A stretch of 61,580 bases of DNA, filler included, from Streblomastix strix (taxonomy: Eukaryota), in the NCBI GenBank assembly GCA_008636045.1. It is 2 parts of 2 records of this genome, joined end to end, with 100 filler letters (N's around TTAATTAATTAA, not from the genome) between each part and the next. Parts side by side here need not be neighbours in the genome. Positions count along the whole stretch, not along the records: positions 1 to 30,758 come from SNRW01000089.1; 1 more part is not named here. One strand, written 5' to 3'. The notes under the pieces were generated by a model that was not told the origin of the DNA, made no database searches, and worked only from the letters and a program-made list of their open reading frames with translations. This document shows, one piece after another, positions 1-14,200 of this stretch. Positions within the stretch are counted from its first letter, which is position 1. Each line of letters starts with the position of its first letter. A program made the position numbers and the translations under genes.

Positions 1-1
1 T

Positions 2-3000
2 GAATTAGAAAATGCAAAGAAAATGAACAAGAAATTAAATAATGAAAATACATAGCTCTTAGATAAGATAGAGAAAATGAAAGAGATTAATGATTTATTA
101 GAAGGTGAAAGAAGGTAATTAGAAGAGAATGTTAAGACTCTTGAAAAAGAAATTAAAAAATATAAAGATATATTGAACGAAAAAGATAAAGAAATTGACA
201 AACAAATAGAAATAATAAAATAATTAGAAATAGAGAAAGATCAGATGAAAAATGAATTCAGTTAGTAAAAGAGTGATAGTGAAGAAGATAAAATGAGAAT
301 ATAATAAGAAAAAGATTAAATATAGGCTAAATTTGATGAATTATAGAAATAATTGGAAGAACAAAAGAAAAAAGAATAAATTAAAGAGGAAGAAATAAGG
401 AATGAAAAATAGAAATTAGTTGGAAGAGAAGAAGAAAAGATATAATTAATATAGGAATATAAATAGAAGGAAGAATAATTGAAAAAAGACATGGATGATG
501 TAAAAAAGAAGAAAGAAGATGAACTTAATCAATAAATTTAATAATTATAATCTCAAATATAGCTGTTGTAAGAATAATTATCATAATAAGAATAATAATT
601 AAATAATTCACAGTCATAATTAGATTAGAAAGAATAAGAATGTATCAAATACAGAGTTCGAATTGGTGAAGTTTTGGTTTAAATTGCATTACTCAGATAG
701 AACCATTAGAAAGAAATGAATGAAATTAAATAATTAAATAAAGATAATGAACAATAATTATAAATAATGAAGTAGAGAATTGAATAACTTGAAAAGGAAA
801 GAAATGAAATAAGTTAGAAATTAAAACAAACTGAAAATAATCTTAAAAATGAAAAAGAATAAAAAGAATAATAATAAATTCGTTAATCATAAATTGAATA
901 ATAATTTAGTAAAGATCTTAGTATAATGAAGTAAGGAATATAAGAAATGTAAAATTAACTTGAATAAGTCTAATAATAGTAATAAGAATGGAGAAGAATT
1001 GCAGAATAAGCTTAAGAGAGAGAAAGAGAAAGAGATGAGGAATAATTGAGATATGAATAAGAATAAGAGAGATTAAGAGATTTGTAAAGAGAAATGATGA
1101 ATAAAGATGTTTAATCTGAAGAAAATGAAAAGATAAATGATGAAAATATGGAGAATGAAAGGAAATCAAATGAAGACAAAGTTTCAAATAATAAGATTGA
1201 TATAGATGAACTTGATTATATTTTATAAGATAATTAATCTACAATTAATTCATAAGTTTCATAATTATCTCATATCAATAATAACAGATAATTCTAATCA
1301 TTTGTAGATACACCATCTTTGATAATCCCCCTATAACTATTTGATAAAGAAACTTCTACTTCTGATATCAAATTATAATGGACAGCAGTATAATCAAATA
1401 ATTCGCCTAAACAATTAGCACTTTCATCACCAATGACACTATTCAGAATTAGTAATTAATATTTATAAGTTAATAATAATTCATTATCAATATATCATTC
1501 TCCTTCTTCTTCTCCTCTATAGGCAGCATAAGTTATATCTAATGTTAAAGGTGTGCCTGGTATTATTGCTTTATTCTCTATGTTGAAATGCGGAGAACTA
1601 GCAAATTAGACTGATTAACCTTCTCAATCTACAACATTTACATAAATTCAAAAGAAAGAAGAAGATGAAGATACAAAAGTATAAGAATAAGTTTCTGATA
1701 CAAAATAATAAATTAACTCAGACTCTAATCCAAATGAATAATAACTTGTTGTTCTTTTGCTAATGTTAAGATGGTTAATTAAGGAAGCAGTTTTATCAGT
1801 GGTTAATACTGGAAAGAATATGAAATAAAACGAGAATTCAATTTCAATACCATCATAAGCACCTTTGCCTTAATTACCTTCTTTATTATAATAATCATCA
1901 TCATTAGTTACTCCAGATGCATCTCGTTAAAACAATATAAAATAATCTTAAGCTGATATTGCATTAGAAATAAATTCAAAAGTCTAATCAGAATCAACTT
2001 CAGAAATAGCTAAAATATCAACATAAACATCTGATTCTCCTTCTACAGCAATATTTAAATCGTCTCCAAAGCCAGAAATCAATAAATATTCATCATTCAA
2101 ATCGTCATAAGAGTTTCTTGATATGTGTTTAGCATTCTTGTATCCTGTTTTAGCTAAGAATAAGAATTTAGCATTGAGATTCTTGAATATGATCACTGCT
2201 GAATTAAAATTAGAATAAAGAAGAGAAAGACAGAGAGATAAATTAAAGTAAAAAGAAAAAGAAAATTAAAAGTTAGAAAATAGGAACATGGAGATTGTAA
2301 AAAATGATAAAATGGATATAATTGAAAAACTTCTCGGTGAATAGAATGTATTTAGTGATTCAATTGTTCCCAGGTCTCATTTAATTACTTGGGTTATTAC
2401 ATATTCTCTGCTTGTTTATACTGATAATTCAAATTCATCAACATCGTCATTCACTTATAATGAAGATGATGAAGAATAATAATAAGATGAATGTGACAAT
2501 ACATTCATTCCATCACCTCTTCCGCTTATTAGATCTTAACTTACTTCTCAATAATCCTCTTCTTCTTCTTCATCATCATCCTTATAATAATAATAATAAT
2601 CTAATTCTGAACTTAATGGTATATCTCCATTATACTTTACTTCTTCATAATCTTTTCCTTAATCTCCGTCTCCTTTATTTGTATTTGGAGTATGCTTCTC
2701 TGCTGCTTTTAAATGCATTAGTACATAAGGAAGTAAATTATTAAAGAGAATATTATTGAAAGGAAAATAAGAATGTGATATAAATAAGGAAAAGAAATAA
2801 AAAATTGAGAAAATTGAAAATAAAGACAAATAAGATAAATCAGACAGTAAAGAAAATAATGAAAAGAAAGATGAGAAGGAGAATAATAAATAAATAATAA
2901 ATAAAACTGATAAATACGATGAAGCTCAGTAAGAAAGAGATTCATTTGCATATGAAATCCTCATTTCAAATTTGTATTCATTTTCATAATAACTATTTTA

Positions 3001-6000
3001 TGTATTCATTAACACTTCATCCTTCCATTCATTTGTTATGTTAGATACTTATTCTATTATTATTCGTGTCTTGAGTAGTTTATGCACAATTCTTCCATAA
3101 TCACCATCTACATCATATTCAAAACTCAATTCAATTCTATCTCCATCTTCATTCATGAGATTAATGATGATATCTGCTAAACTGCCAAGAAGATTAACAG
3201 CATTAATGAGATCTTTATTGTCAGAAATTGAGCAGATAGGGACAATGATACAAAAAGATGGTAATTAAATTAAAGAAAACAATATGAATACTTAAATTAT
3301 TTCAACATAAAATCAAAATTCAAAATCAATTTCTAACTTCAGTGTCATTTCTAATCAGATGAGTGCAAATGAAATTGAAAGATTGATGATAACACCTGTT
3401 AATAACATTCATTAATATATAATAAAATAATTATTAAATAATGAAAAGAAATAAAACACGGACTCATCTTCAAACTTTGATCTTTCATCTCCCTCAATCT
3501 AATATTAACTTATTAAATCATATTTCTCTTCTTTATTTTCATTATTCATCTCTATTTTCTCTCTTTTACGAAAATTACTCATTCCACCAAATGAATAAAT
3601 AGATTCACTTTCATTTTGGATCAAGAAAGTAATTGATGACAAAGAAAGAGAAGAAGAAGAGGAAAGAGAAATTGAAAGAGAGAGAGAAAGAGAGAAAGAT
3701 AAAGATTTAGATGAGAAGAAGAGGAAATATAAAGAAAAGCATCGTTTAATGAAGGAGAAATTAGAATTAGCATAAAAGAATTTAGATTAATAATAGTTAT
3801 TAACTTAAGATTTACTGCTATCAACATACTAATCATGTAGATCATTTCTTCATATTAAATTCAGTGAATAAGTATTATAAGAAGAAAAGAAGAAAGAAGA
3901 AATGGATTAAAATAGTCTTACCTCTGCTCCATTCTTATTCAGTAATGGATTTGCTTTCCCAACTGTTATTAGATTATTATCTTGTATTTAGATTGAAGAC
4001 TAAATAGAATAAATGTTTATAAATAATAAATAATTATAACAATACAATAGTAAGAATAATAATTTTAACTTGATGACAGAAACATTCTCATTTATATCTG
4101 CAATATCAACATTTCTATAAACTAAATTAAAATCATCTCATAATACATAATAATTATTATTACCAACTTTGGGTAATAAAATTAGCAGTGGAACAATGAC
4201 ACTTAATAGAAAATATATAATTCCTCATTTATAAGCAACTATGCAAATGACATTGTTTAAGAAACCAACAGAATAAACAATAATAAAAGGAGGAGAAGGA
4301 TGTGGATTACTCAGAGTGTTACTTCATGAATATTTTATCAGAATTGTTGGTTCTTCGTGTTCTAAATGTGTACTAGGAAAGCATAACAAACCTCATAAGC
4401 ATATTATTTATTCAAGTGTTTGGAAAGATAATAGTTAAGATTGGAAAGAAATGAATGAATAATAAAAGTAATAAAAAATGAAGAATAAAGAACAAAAGAA
4501 AGAAATGGAAGAAGCGAATAAAGAATGGCTTGAATCATTCATTAAAATAATATCATGGAGAGGTTGGGGAAATGAAAGAGTAAATAAAGAGAAGGAAAAT
4601 AATAACAATGAAGAAAATTAATTAAAGATTAAAAAAGAAAGAAAACCATCAAGGAATATAATTTCTCTTTATGATAATATAAGACAATGTTTTCTTAATA
4701 AAATTATTTTATTCTTCATTGATCCAGAAAATACTTTGTTCCCATAAAATCAAACAGAAGAAGAAAGAGAAGAAGAAATATAGGAATAATAAGAATATGA
4801 TGAATCAGAATAGAATAATAAAAATGAGTAAAAATTAGACTTATTCAATAGAATAACATAAATTAGACAACATAAATAATAGTCACTATTATTACTGTTC
4901 AATTTAATTAATAATGCTATAGATAAAGAAAATGAATCATTTATTCATTTCTATTAACAAAAATAAGAAGAAATAATGAAAGAAGAAGATAAATATTGGA
5001 AAGAAGAATAGAAAAACAAACAAATTAAAGATGATGAAAAAGAAAGGAAATAAAAAGAAAAAGAAAAAAGGAGAAGTAAAGAAGAATAGAATATAAATAA
5101 TGAAGTAAAAAGTGAATAAAATGAGAATTTATAATCTTATGATTTGGGAAAGGAATAAAAATTGAAAAATGTTATAATATCCAAGGTTAATAAAACTCCT
5201 AAATCTCTTTCTCAGATCAATAATAATCTTCCTTCATCTAATGAGCTTTTCCTATCAAATATCTCAGAACGTGGAAATCAGTTATTTTGTCTGGGAATAT
5301 CCCGACTATTATCATCTCCTTCAATACTATCATTATTAATTAATTTAATTATTTTACATCATTCAACTGTTGTAAGAGAATAAGTTATAATATTAATATT
5401 TAGATTAATAAAAGTTGATTCTAAATTGAATTAAATAATGAATGGATAAATAATGATCATGACATTAAGTTAGCATTTTAATGTAAAGACGGAGTAAAAA
5501 CTAATGTGTTTAAATAGTGTAAAAACCTAGGAAATATTATAGTCAGTTAAATAACTATACTCTACTCATTCACTACTCAATGCATCATATATTCAATCAT
5601 GTTGGAGGCAGAAATCATAATTATTAGGAATTCAAATATCAGACTTTAATATTGTTAATAATGAAAAAAAAGAAAAAGAAAATGCTAATTTTAAAGAATA
5701 AATAAAATAATAAAAGGACTTATAATAACCATAAATTTAATTATCAAAATCAAAAACTCTTACTTCTTCTTAATTCTAATAAATGGTAAGTACACATAAA
5801 AATATTAGCTAAACCAGCAATAATGAGAATAATTCTGACTAAAATGTAAATAATAACAGTAATTCAACTTAAAATAATTTCCTTTAATTAAAATAATTAA
5901 TTTAGAATAAATATAAAGAATAATAGGACTCTACAACTTAACCATTAAATAAACAAATTCCTGATTTAACAAATGAGACTTTAACTACTTCTTCTTCAAA

Positions 6001-9000
6001 ATTACAATCACTGACGAATAAAAAATCCTCAACTCTATAACATCCTCTTCATAGTTGTCCTTAAGAGATATTCAATAATTCATCTTCTTCATAATCTTCA
6101 AAGTAATAAATATAAGATTTATAAAAAGAACAATAGTAATCTATATAAAATTCAAAATCATAAAATAATGAAACGAATCTTCCTTCTAAGATCAACTTGC
6201 TATCTTTAAGAAATCCAACTGTAGATTATTCATCTTCATAATTGAAATTGCAATAATCAAAAGAAATTATTATTTCATCAACAGAAGCACTTCTTGTTCA
6301 ACCAATATATTCATAATCTTCAATAACCAATCAATTTTCTCAACAAATAGAATAAAATAAATATAAAGAAGAATAATTTTTAAATAATGACTATTTATAA
6401 TTTGATGAAGAGAAAAGAGTGAATATGTTAATGCTATGTTTTGAGCATATAAAGATCTTAATTGAAGGAGAGAAAGATGGAGAAATGGAAAAGAATGAAT
6501 AAAATGAACGATAAGGTGACATTGATGAGAAAGATGATATTAAGTAGAAGAACTAAATAAAGAAGAGAAATATTGGAAATGAAGAAATTGAAAGTGATGG
6601 CGATTCAGAAGAAGAATTTAACATACTTAACAAATCATGTGCAAGTTTAAAAGATATTAATGATGATGAAGAAAGAAATATACCCGAGAATAATATTAAT
6701 ATTTTCTCATAAAATATTAAAAGAAAAAATAATAATGTTAACAATAATAAAAAGAAGAAGAAAGAATATGAAAAACATTTAAGTGAATTATTTGATCTAA
6801 TAAATTCATTACTTATTGATTAAAAAAAAGAATAAGAATATGTTGATTAAATGAACATGATTATTAATAAGTAGAAGAATGGTGAATAAATAGAATAACT
6901 CCCACATAATCCAATTTCATTCTATTATCCATTATTTATACGTCATTAACATGTTCATCTCCTTCTCAAAGTTTATAGGTCTTCTATTTTTTAGTCAATA
7001 ATATAATCATCTTCTTAATTACCAACTTCACAATTCAACATACTTTCACAAAATCATTAACAATCATCTTTGTTAAACACAATATCTTCATAATCATCAT
7101 AATCACTATCATAGCCTAAATATTATCTTTATCCAATTGCAACAGATATATATTCTATTAATTCTTTATTTAAACTTCTTGATAATATATCTGGATAGCA
7201 TCAATAAGGATTATAATCATTGATTGAAGTATCATATGATATGTATTATAATAATAATTTGAATGCTTTGAATTGTGAATAAAATGAACTAAATATTACA
7301 TAAACCAGTATTATTAATAACAATAGTAATAAAATGAACAAAATTGGATCTATGCATAATGATAAAATAACTTAAGAAGCAATCTATGCAACAATTTGTG
7401 TCTTAACATCAAATATAGTAGAATTCATTATAGATTAAGTAGAGAGACTAGAAGATGAAATATAGAATGAAAAAGAGAAAGAATAAATGAAATTAAAAGA
7501 AGAAAATAAAAACTCAATAAAAATAAAGCAATCAATTGAAGTAATTGATTAAATATTTGCATCACTATTATCAATATTATCATCTCTTACACAAATTGAT
7601 CCTGAATTTACTTTACCTATTATATTACATAAAATGATTAATAAAGAGTAAGAGATAACTAATTAAATGGAAACAGATAAAAATGTCATTATTAATGATC
7701 CATTAGCATAAACAAAAACATCAAATAAATCTATAGCAATATCTGTATCTACTTATCAATAATCACAATTACAATAATAATTATCAACTGCATCATCATA
7801 AACCTCGTTTCTTTTCTTCAATCATTCATCAGATATTTGTAAATTGATCCTTTCAAATCCAAAATCATTTTCAAAATCATTGCCAATATTACTTTAATAG
7901 TTTATTTTGCCTTCAATTAAATTAGGAATTATGATTAAAGCATCAGGAAAGAACTAAGAAAAAGTGAAAGGAAAAGATAAGAAATAAAAATAATAAGATG
8001 AAATTCCACTTTGTTTATCTCTGATTCTTTTGAAGAACGAATAATCGCAATAACTTTCATATAATGACTCATCAATTACATCTCTCAATATTAATATTAA
8101 TAATAATGAATATGATCCTTGTTTGAAATAATTGATTCTTTATTCTATTCTTGCTCTATTCCCAAGAGATAAAGAATAATAAAATGTGAAAGAACAAGAG
8201 ATCCTTCATACTCATTTAATATAATATCTTAAATTATTTATGTCTTCGTATAATTTAGATCCTATGTGGCTTTTATTCATTGGTAATATAATTTAATCAA
8301 ATAAATCGAATAAGAAAAATGAAAATGATATTTAAAATGTTAATATTAATTCTCAGCAATAATAATAGTTAATTAATCACTCGATCATTAGTATTAATAA
8401 TAAACTTGAATCATATTAATATGATATTGGAAATAAGACACAATAGAAAATAAGAGAATAAAGAACTTGTTTAAGTGCTTTGAATTTAAGGAAGAAAGTA
8501 TCTATTTAATAATTATCATTATATTATCCTTCTTCATCCTCTTTACCAACTTAAAATTATTTCAAAATAAATTAATTTATTCCATCAACAAAAAAGAGAA
8601 ATCTTTCACATTAATTCTTTTCTTCATCTATTATATTTTCATTATTAAATAAATAAATTATTTCTATTTGCTAATAAGTCATTGAATAAGACTATGATTC
8701 ATCCTATAATGAAAATGAGAAATAAGTTGATGAAGATTGGATTTGGGGATGGAATTAGTTAGGAATTTAATAAGAAAAAGATAATGAAATTAAAGATGAA
8801 CATGAAAATGTTAATAATTCTGAACACCTATTCACTTAATCATCGCTTTCATTATAACTAAAATTGATAATTAATTCATTAGTATTCTTTATTAATATGA
8901 GAAAAGAGAATAAACAATAAGAAGATAAATAAGATAAGAAGAAAGACAGTTCTAAACAATCCAATTTATTATCAATAAATAATCTTTTCACTTTTGTACC

Positions 9001-10987
9001 TTCAAAATACAGATAATCAATTCTTCGTCATTTATTTGCATTATTTATTCTTCTCTCGTCTCCTCAATTCCCATTAAATCTGAGAGCACATTCTCTTTCT
9101 CTATTATCTCACATTTATCCATAAGTTTTGGATGATGCTGATAAAGATTATGAAGATAAAGAAAAGGAGAAAGATAAATAATAAGAAAAAGAAAGAAAGA
9201 AGGACAAAGAAAAGGATCATTAAAAATTAAAAAATAATGTGAATGCAACAAATAATAATGATAGCGAGAATGTAAATGGTGATGAAATCAATGAAAATAT
9301 ACTCTATCTTTCACTTGCGTCATTATCATAATAATATTCATCACTTCATAATATAAATGAAACTTAATAAGTAAAAGATTCAGATTATTATCTCTCTAAA
9401 TTACTATAAACATGTGGAATGAAAGTTGATTAAGAGCAAATAAAATAAAAATGGTCTGATTATTCACATACAAACACAACCACAAAATCAATTTCACATC
9501 AAACATAATCAGATCATTTTATTCAAACACAAAATAATAATGAAGGAAAAATATCATGTCATTATGATGAGCATTTAGAGGGATTTATTTTCTAAATCAT
9601 TGAAAGGCAATTATAAAGAAAAAGAGATTAGGTAAAACAAATCAATGACTCAATTATAACATAGTAAAATAATATTGTTCAAACTCATGTAGATTAAGTT
9701 GCTGTTACTATTGCTATTCTTCTTGCTTATTCATCAACTAATAAACTTCAGATGTATCCTCACCTAAGTAAAGAAAACAATGAAATAATTAATATAAAGA
9801 ACTCGCTTCCATTATAATAATTATTACCAAATTAATATAAATATTCATCTGAATTAAGAAATATTAATCATATCATCTCATAAGATCACCCCCTTGGATA
9901 TTTATTTGTTAGAATATTGAATGTATCATTTATACCACAATCAACTAATAAAAATAATTCTCTTAATATTAATTCTCCTCAAAATTCATACCCATTTAAT
10001 ATATTCTCTTATCTTCTTAATACATCTGAGTTAATATAAAGATTGATATTAAGTATTATTAATAACATAATCAGCTTTCATCCATTTCTTCTTTCAATTC
10101 AAATTAATACACATAATTTAATTTAATATAATAATAGAAATATTATTAATAATAATTAACATGATAAGGAATAATCATCTATATAATTAACAAATAACAT
10201 GTTAATTCTTGATTACTTTTGTAATATGATTGAATTTATTAATCATACATCAAAAGAAAATGGAGATTAAACAATTAATCACAACCTTCAACAAACAATT
10301 TAATAAATAGCATATAGCATTAAATTGAGAATTTCTGAAATTATATAGATTGTTGATAATATGAAGAAAGAAACAAATAAAATAATGAGAATTGACTAAA
10401 AAAATTCATTGTCTAAAAAAGAAATTGAAACAAAAGAATATGATATAATAAGAAAAATTAAAAAGGATATACCCAATCATTTAGTTAATAATTGTTCAGA
10501 ACAGAAAGAAATTCTATCTCCACTCATTCTCTCACTCTTGATTCTATAGAAAAGTCCTCAAATACTAATTGAAATGAATGAAAATGAAGAAGAAGATGAA
10601 TTTGAAGAACCAGAATAAGACGATGAAATAGGAAATATGAATTAAATGAATGAAGATGAAGATATATTAGGATTGGATGAATTGAATGAATAGAAAAGAA
10701 TAATGATGAAGCAGTTAAGTGTGAAAGTGAGATTATAAAAGAAAAGAAGTAGTGATGAAATAATAAAGAATCTTATTCTGAATAAACCACAGCAAGTATC
10801 GGTTGAAATCAGTTTGAGATTCCTTGTTAAATATCTGACAACAGTTGAGAACCAACTCAAATGTAAAGCACTAGATATCATGGAGAAGGATTTGAAATTC
10901 TCGAAAGAGAACTGTTCAAAATTGTTGAAACTCCTAGAAATGCAAAGGGGGCGCATGCTAGTACAATAGGATCTATAAAAGATCTGA
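2..10987 (+). CDS. Very large hypothetical protein (>3600 aa, 5' truncated): N-terminal coiled coil, then Q/S/N/E/K-rich low-complexity tracts
   Basis: With TAR=Gln, frame +2 reads ELENAKKMNKKLNNENTQLLDKIEK... It is the same open frame at 2.9 kb and 10.6 kb and ends ...RMLVQQDLQKI-TGA at 10985-10987. No family motif recognised. Confidence 0.75.
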
Positions 10988-11262
10988 AACAATTATTTAG
11001 GATCATTTTTTGCCTTTGAACAATAAATTAATATTTTTCACAAATTATTTAATCTAAATTGTAATTATTTATTTTAATTAAAACCTAGATAAGTACAGAA
11101 TTATTAAAATTTCTTCTTTTTTCCAAGAAATATTTTTGGTATTAAACTTTATTAAATATATTTTAAAAATTATTATATATTTCAATTAATAACTTTTCAT
11201 ATAAATTATTCAGCTTGTGCCGAGAGTTTTTTTCTCGATACAAAAATCAGACATATCTCCCA

Positions 11263-14200
11263 ATGGAAGTATTATAAAGTGTACGCCATTCTTTGTTTGA
11301 GATTGCAGCACATTTTCAGCTTGAATCTTTGCTTGAATAGCTTGTTTCTATTTGTGGGTTACCTTTAGAATGGACAGGAGTAATCAAAAACTTAGTATTC
11401 ACTGCAATTTCTAGGGAACACAACCCTATAAATGAGTCAAATGGATCATCAAGTTGTGGATGTTATGTGCAGCCACTATTCTCCCATTATGCTCCTTAAT
11501 CATTACCTCCAAAACGCGAAATTCTCTTTCGATGCATATCAGGTGGATTTTCTCCAATGCTTGATTCTATTCTTGTGAATGGATTAGTTATTAGTGGATC
11601 AGTTGCACTTAAATCAATGGATAAGAAGAAAAAGAATGCTCGTGTTCTATTTATTTCATTTGCATTATTCCCTGAAGAGGCTGAAATCTAGGAAAAGAAA
11701 TTGAAACTATAATAGCAGCTCATTTTAAAACGATAACATTCAACTTTATACTCATCTCAGGTACATACAGATACTCCATCTCTATTCCAACCAACACAAA
11801 AGATCAAATAAGAAAATATTTAAAATGAAATACAAACACAGCAATTTGATCAGGGTCAATAATATTAATACAAATCTCGAATATTTACTTTCTAGCATAC
11901 ATCATCACCTGAACGACAATCTACAGTCTATGTTCCAATTCCTTCAGAATAGACTATTCTTTCAGGTCTTTACTCATTTTCTGCTTCTGTTGATCTTGAG
12001 TCATTGATTAACAGCGAATAATAAGCACTTGATACATTAATGAATAAAATAATGACATTACGACCAACTGTAATTATTTCGACAAAGAGTGTCGCATTGC
12101 CACTTCTACAAAGGATGTCTAAGCTGAAAATATCAACTGTTATCAATATGCCTAAATTGCGTGTTGAACTTATAGCTCATTCTCTTAATGCGAGAATTGC
12201 ATATGCATCCAATGAATTAAGTGAATAATGCATTGGTATTTGTGATTCTTGGCAATGCATAGACATTTCAGGACCTAAATATGCCGAAGAGAGAAAGAGA
12301 ATGTATATTCAACAGCACTTATCTGTTAATGATATCATTCTTGATGAAGAATTGGATGAGCTGCATCTTTAAAATAGAATGATGTAAATGGATCATATTT
12401 TTGGAGACTATTCATCGAGTGGGAAAATCGCTGAAACTGTGGAAGCTCTGATGGAAATAATTGAATCATAGAAACCTGAAAAAGAAAAGAAGAAAGAAAG
12501 AGAGAAAGAGAAATAAAAAGAGAAAGAAAAAATTAAAGAAAAAGAAAAAGAGAAAAAAATGGAGAAGAAAAAAGAGTCAGAAAGAAAAAAACTTGAAATG
12601 AAGAATAAATATTTAGTTGAAAAAGAATTTATTAGACAAGAAACGGAAAAATAATTAAATATAAAGGTTGAAAGAAAAACAAATAATATTTCTGACATTA
12701 ATAAAGAATAGAAAGAAAGAATATCAGAAAAATTAGATATGAACATTGAAACAATACAAAAATCTGTCAATACAAAACATTAAAATAAAATTAATCATCT
12801 TTCAAACGTTAAAATCTTAAATAAGTCAAGTGAAGATAATTCATACATTAATGATTCTGAGAATTCATATTATTCCACTTCATCATCCACTTCATACAAT
12901 GAAACTAATAGCGTAAATTCTGTTGAAGAAAATGATGATAGAGAAACTAAAAATAAAAATGAAATTGATGATTAAATTGGTGATATTTAAGAGTAAAATA
13001 CAGATATTTCTTAATAACTGGTTCTATATCCACTAATAAATAAAGAAATAGAGAAATAGCGTTAAGGACCAAATACATTCATCAACATTTAAAAGCAAAA
13101 TATTTCAGGTATTATTTCTACATCTTTATCTCCATCTATATTAATTTTTGAGACTCATTCGATTCCTGTTGTCTAAACAATTGCATTTCGTGGAGCTCCT
13201 TTGGATGTCTTGAATCTTGCAGCCAACATTGGAAGAGTTTTTCTTTCTTTAACAAGAGCTGCACTTCGCACAATTGAGTTTTGGGAAGCGACGCATATTA
13301 ACCCCGAAACCCTCTTTTATTATGAATAAAATGATATGGATACTCTTCATACAGAAGTACCAAATAGTTCAGAACAAAAGAATAGTATTGACTAAATTAT
13401 TAATTATAATGAAAATTAAATAAATTAATCATTTTCAGCATAATATAAGTCTACATTAATACGAATTTCTATGAGGAATTAAGTTAACAAATAAATTGCT
13501 TATTACAAGAAAATTTATTAACTCGTATAATTATTAGCACTTTTAATATCCTTAATTGAGAATAGTTAGAAAGGAAATAATGAATTATCTGAATTTAATT
13601 TAGATAGAAAGATAAGATAATCTGAAGTTCCAGAAGTATTCTCCTCAAATATTTTAAATAAGAATTAAAATGGCAATTCATAAGAAAAATCGAGTCTTTA
13701 AAAATCATATTCCAAATAATTGTCATAAACTCAATCTAGGTCTAAAATAAATGTAAAATAATCTCACGATGAAGATTTTCTTTAGCTTTGATGGAATCTT
13801 TATAACTTAATTAATGATGGGAACCAAAAATAACATTCATCTCATAAATAGATATATGCATTTCACACAAAAATTATAGATCTTATATCTCCCATTCTAA
13901 TGCACAAATTATTCTAATTGTAAAATTATTCTTATTCTTTTTCAGAATCTTTTAATATTGAATAAATTCCTGATAATTTTCGTAATATAATACACATAGT
14001 CATGAAAAAACTTAATAATATTATCAATGATCTAATAATTATTAGTTAGGAATAATTGTAAAACTAATAAAACTATTAAAATATTCTTCTGCCTGTGATG
14101 ATTGATTCATAAACTTCTTATCAATCATCTACTTTTTCCCAAATCACATCTTTGCCTAATTAAAATAATACAACAATATCAACAATTAGTGAGTATTATC

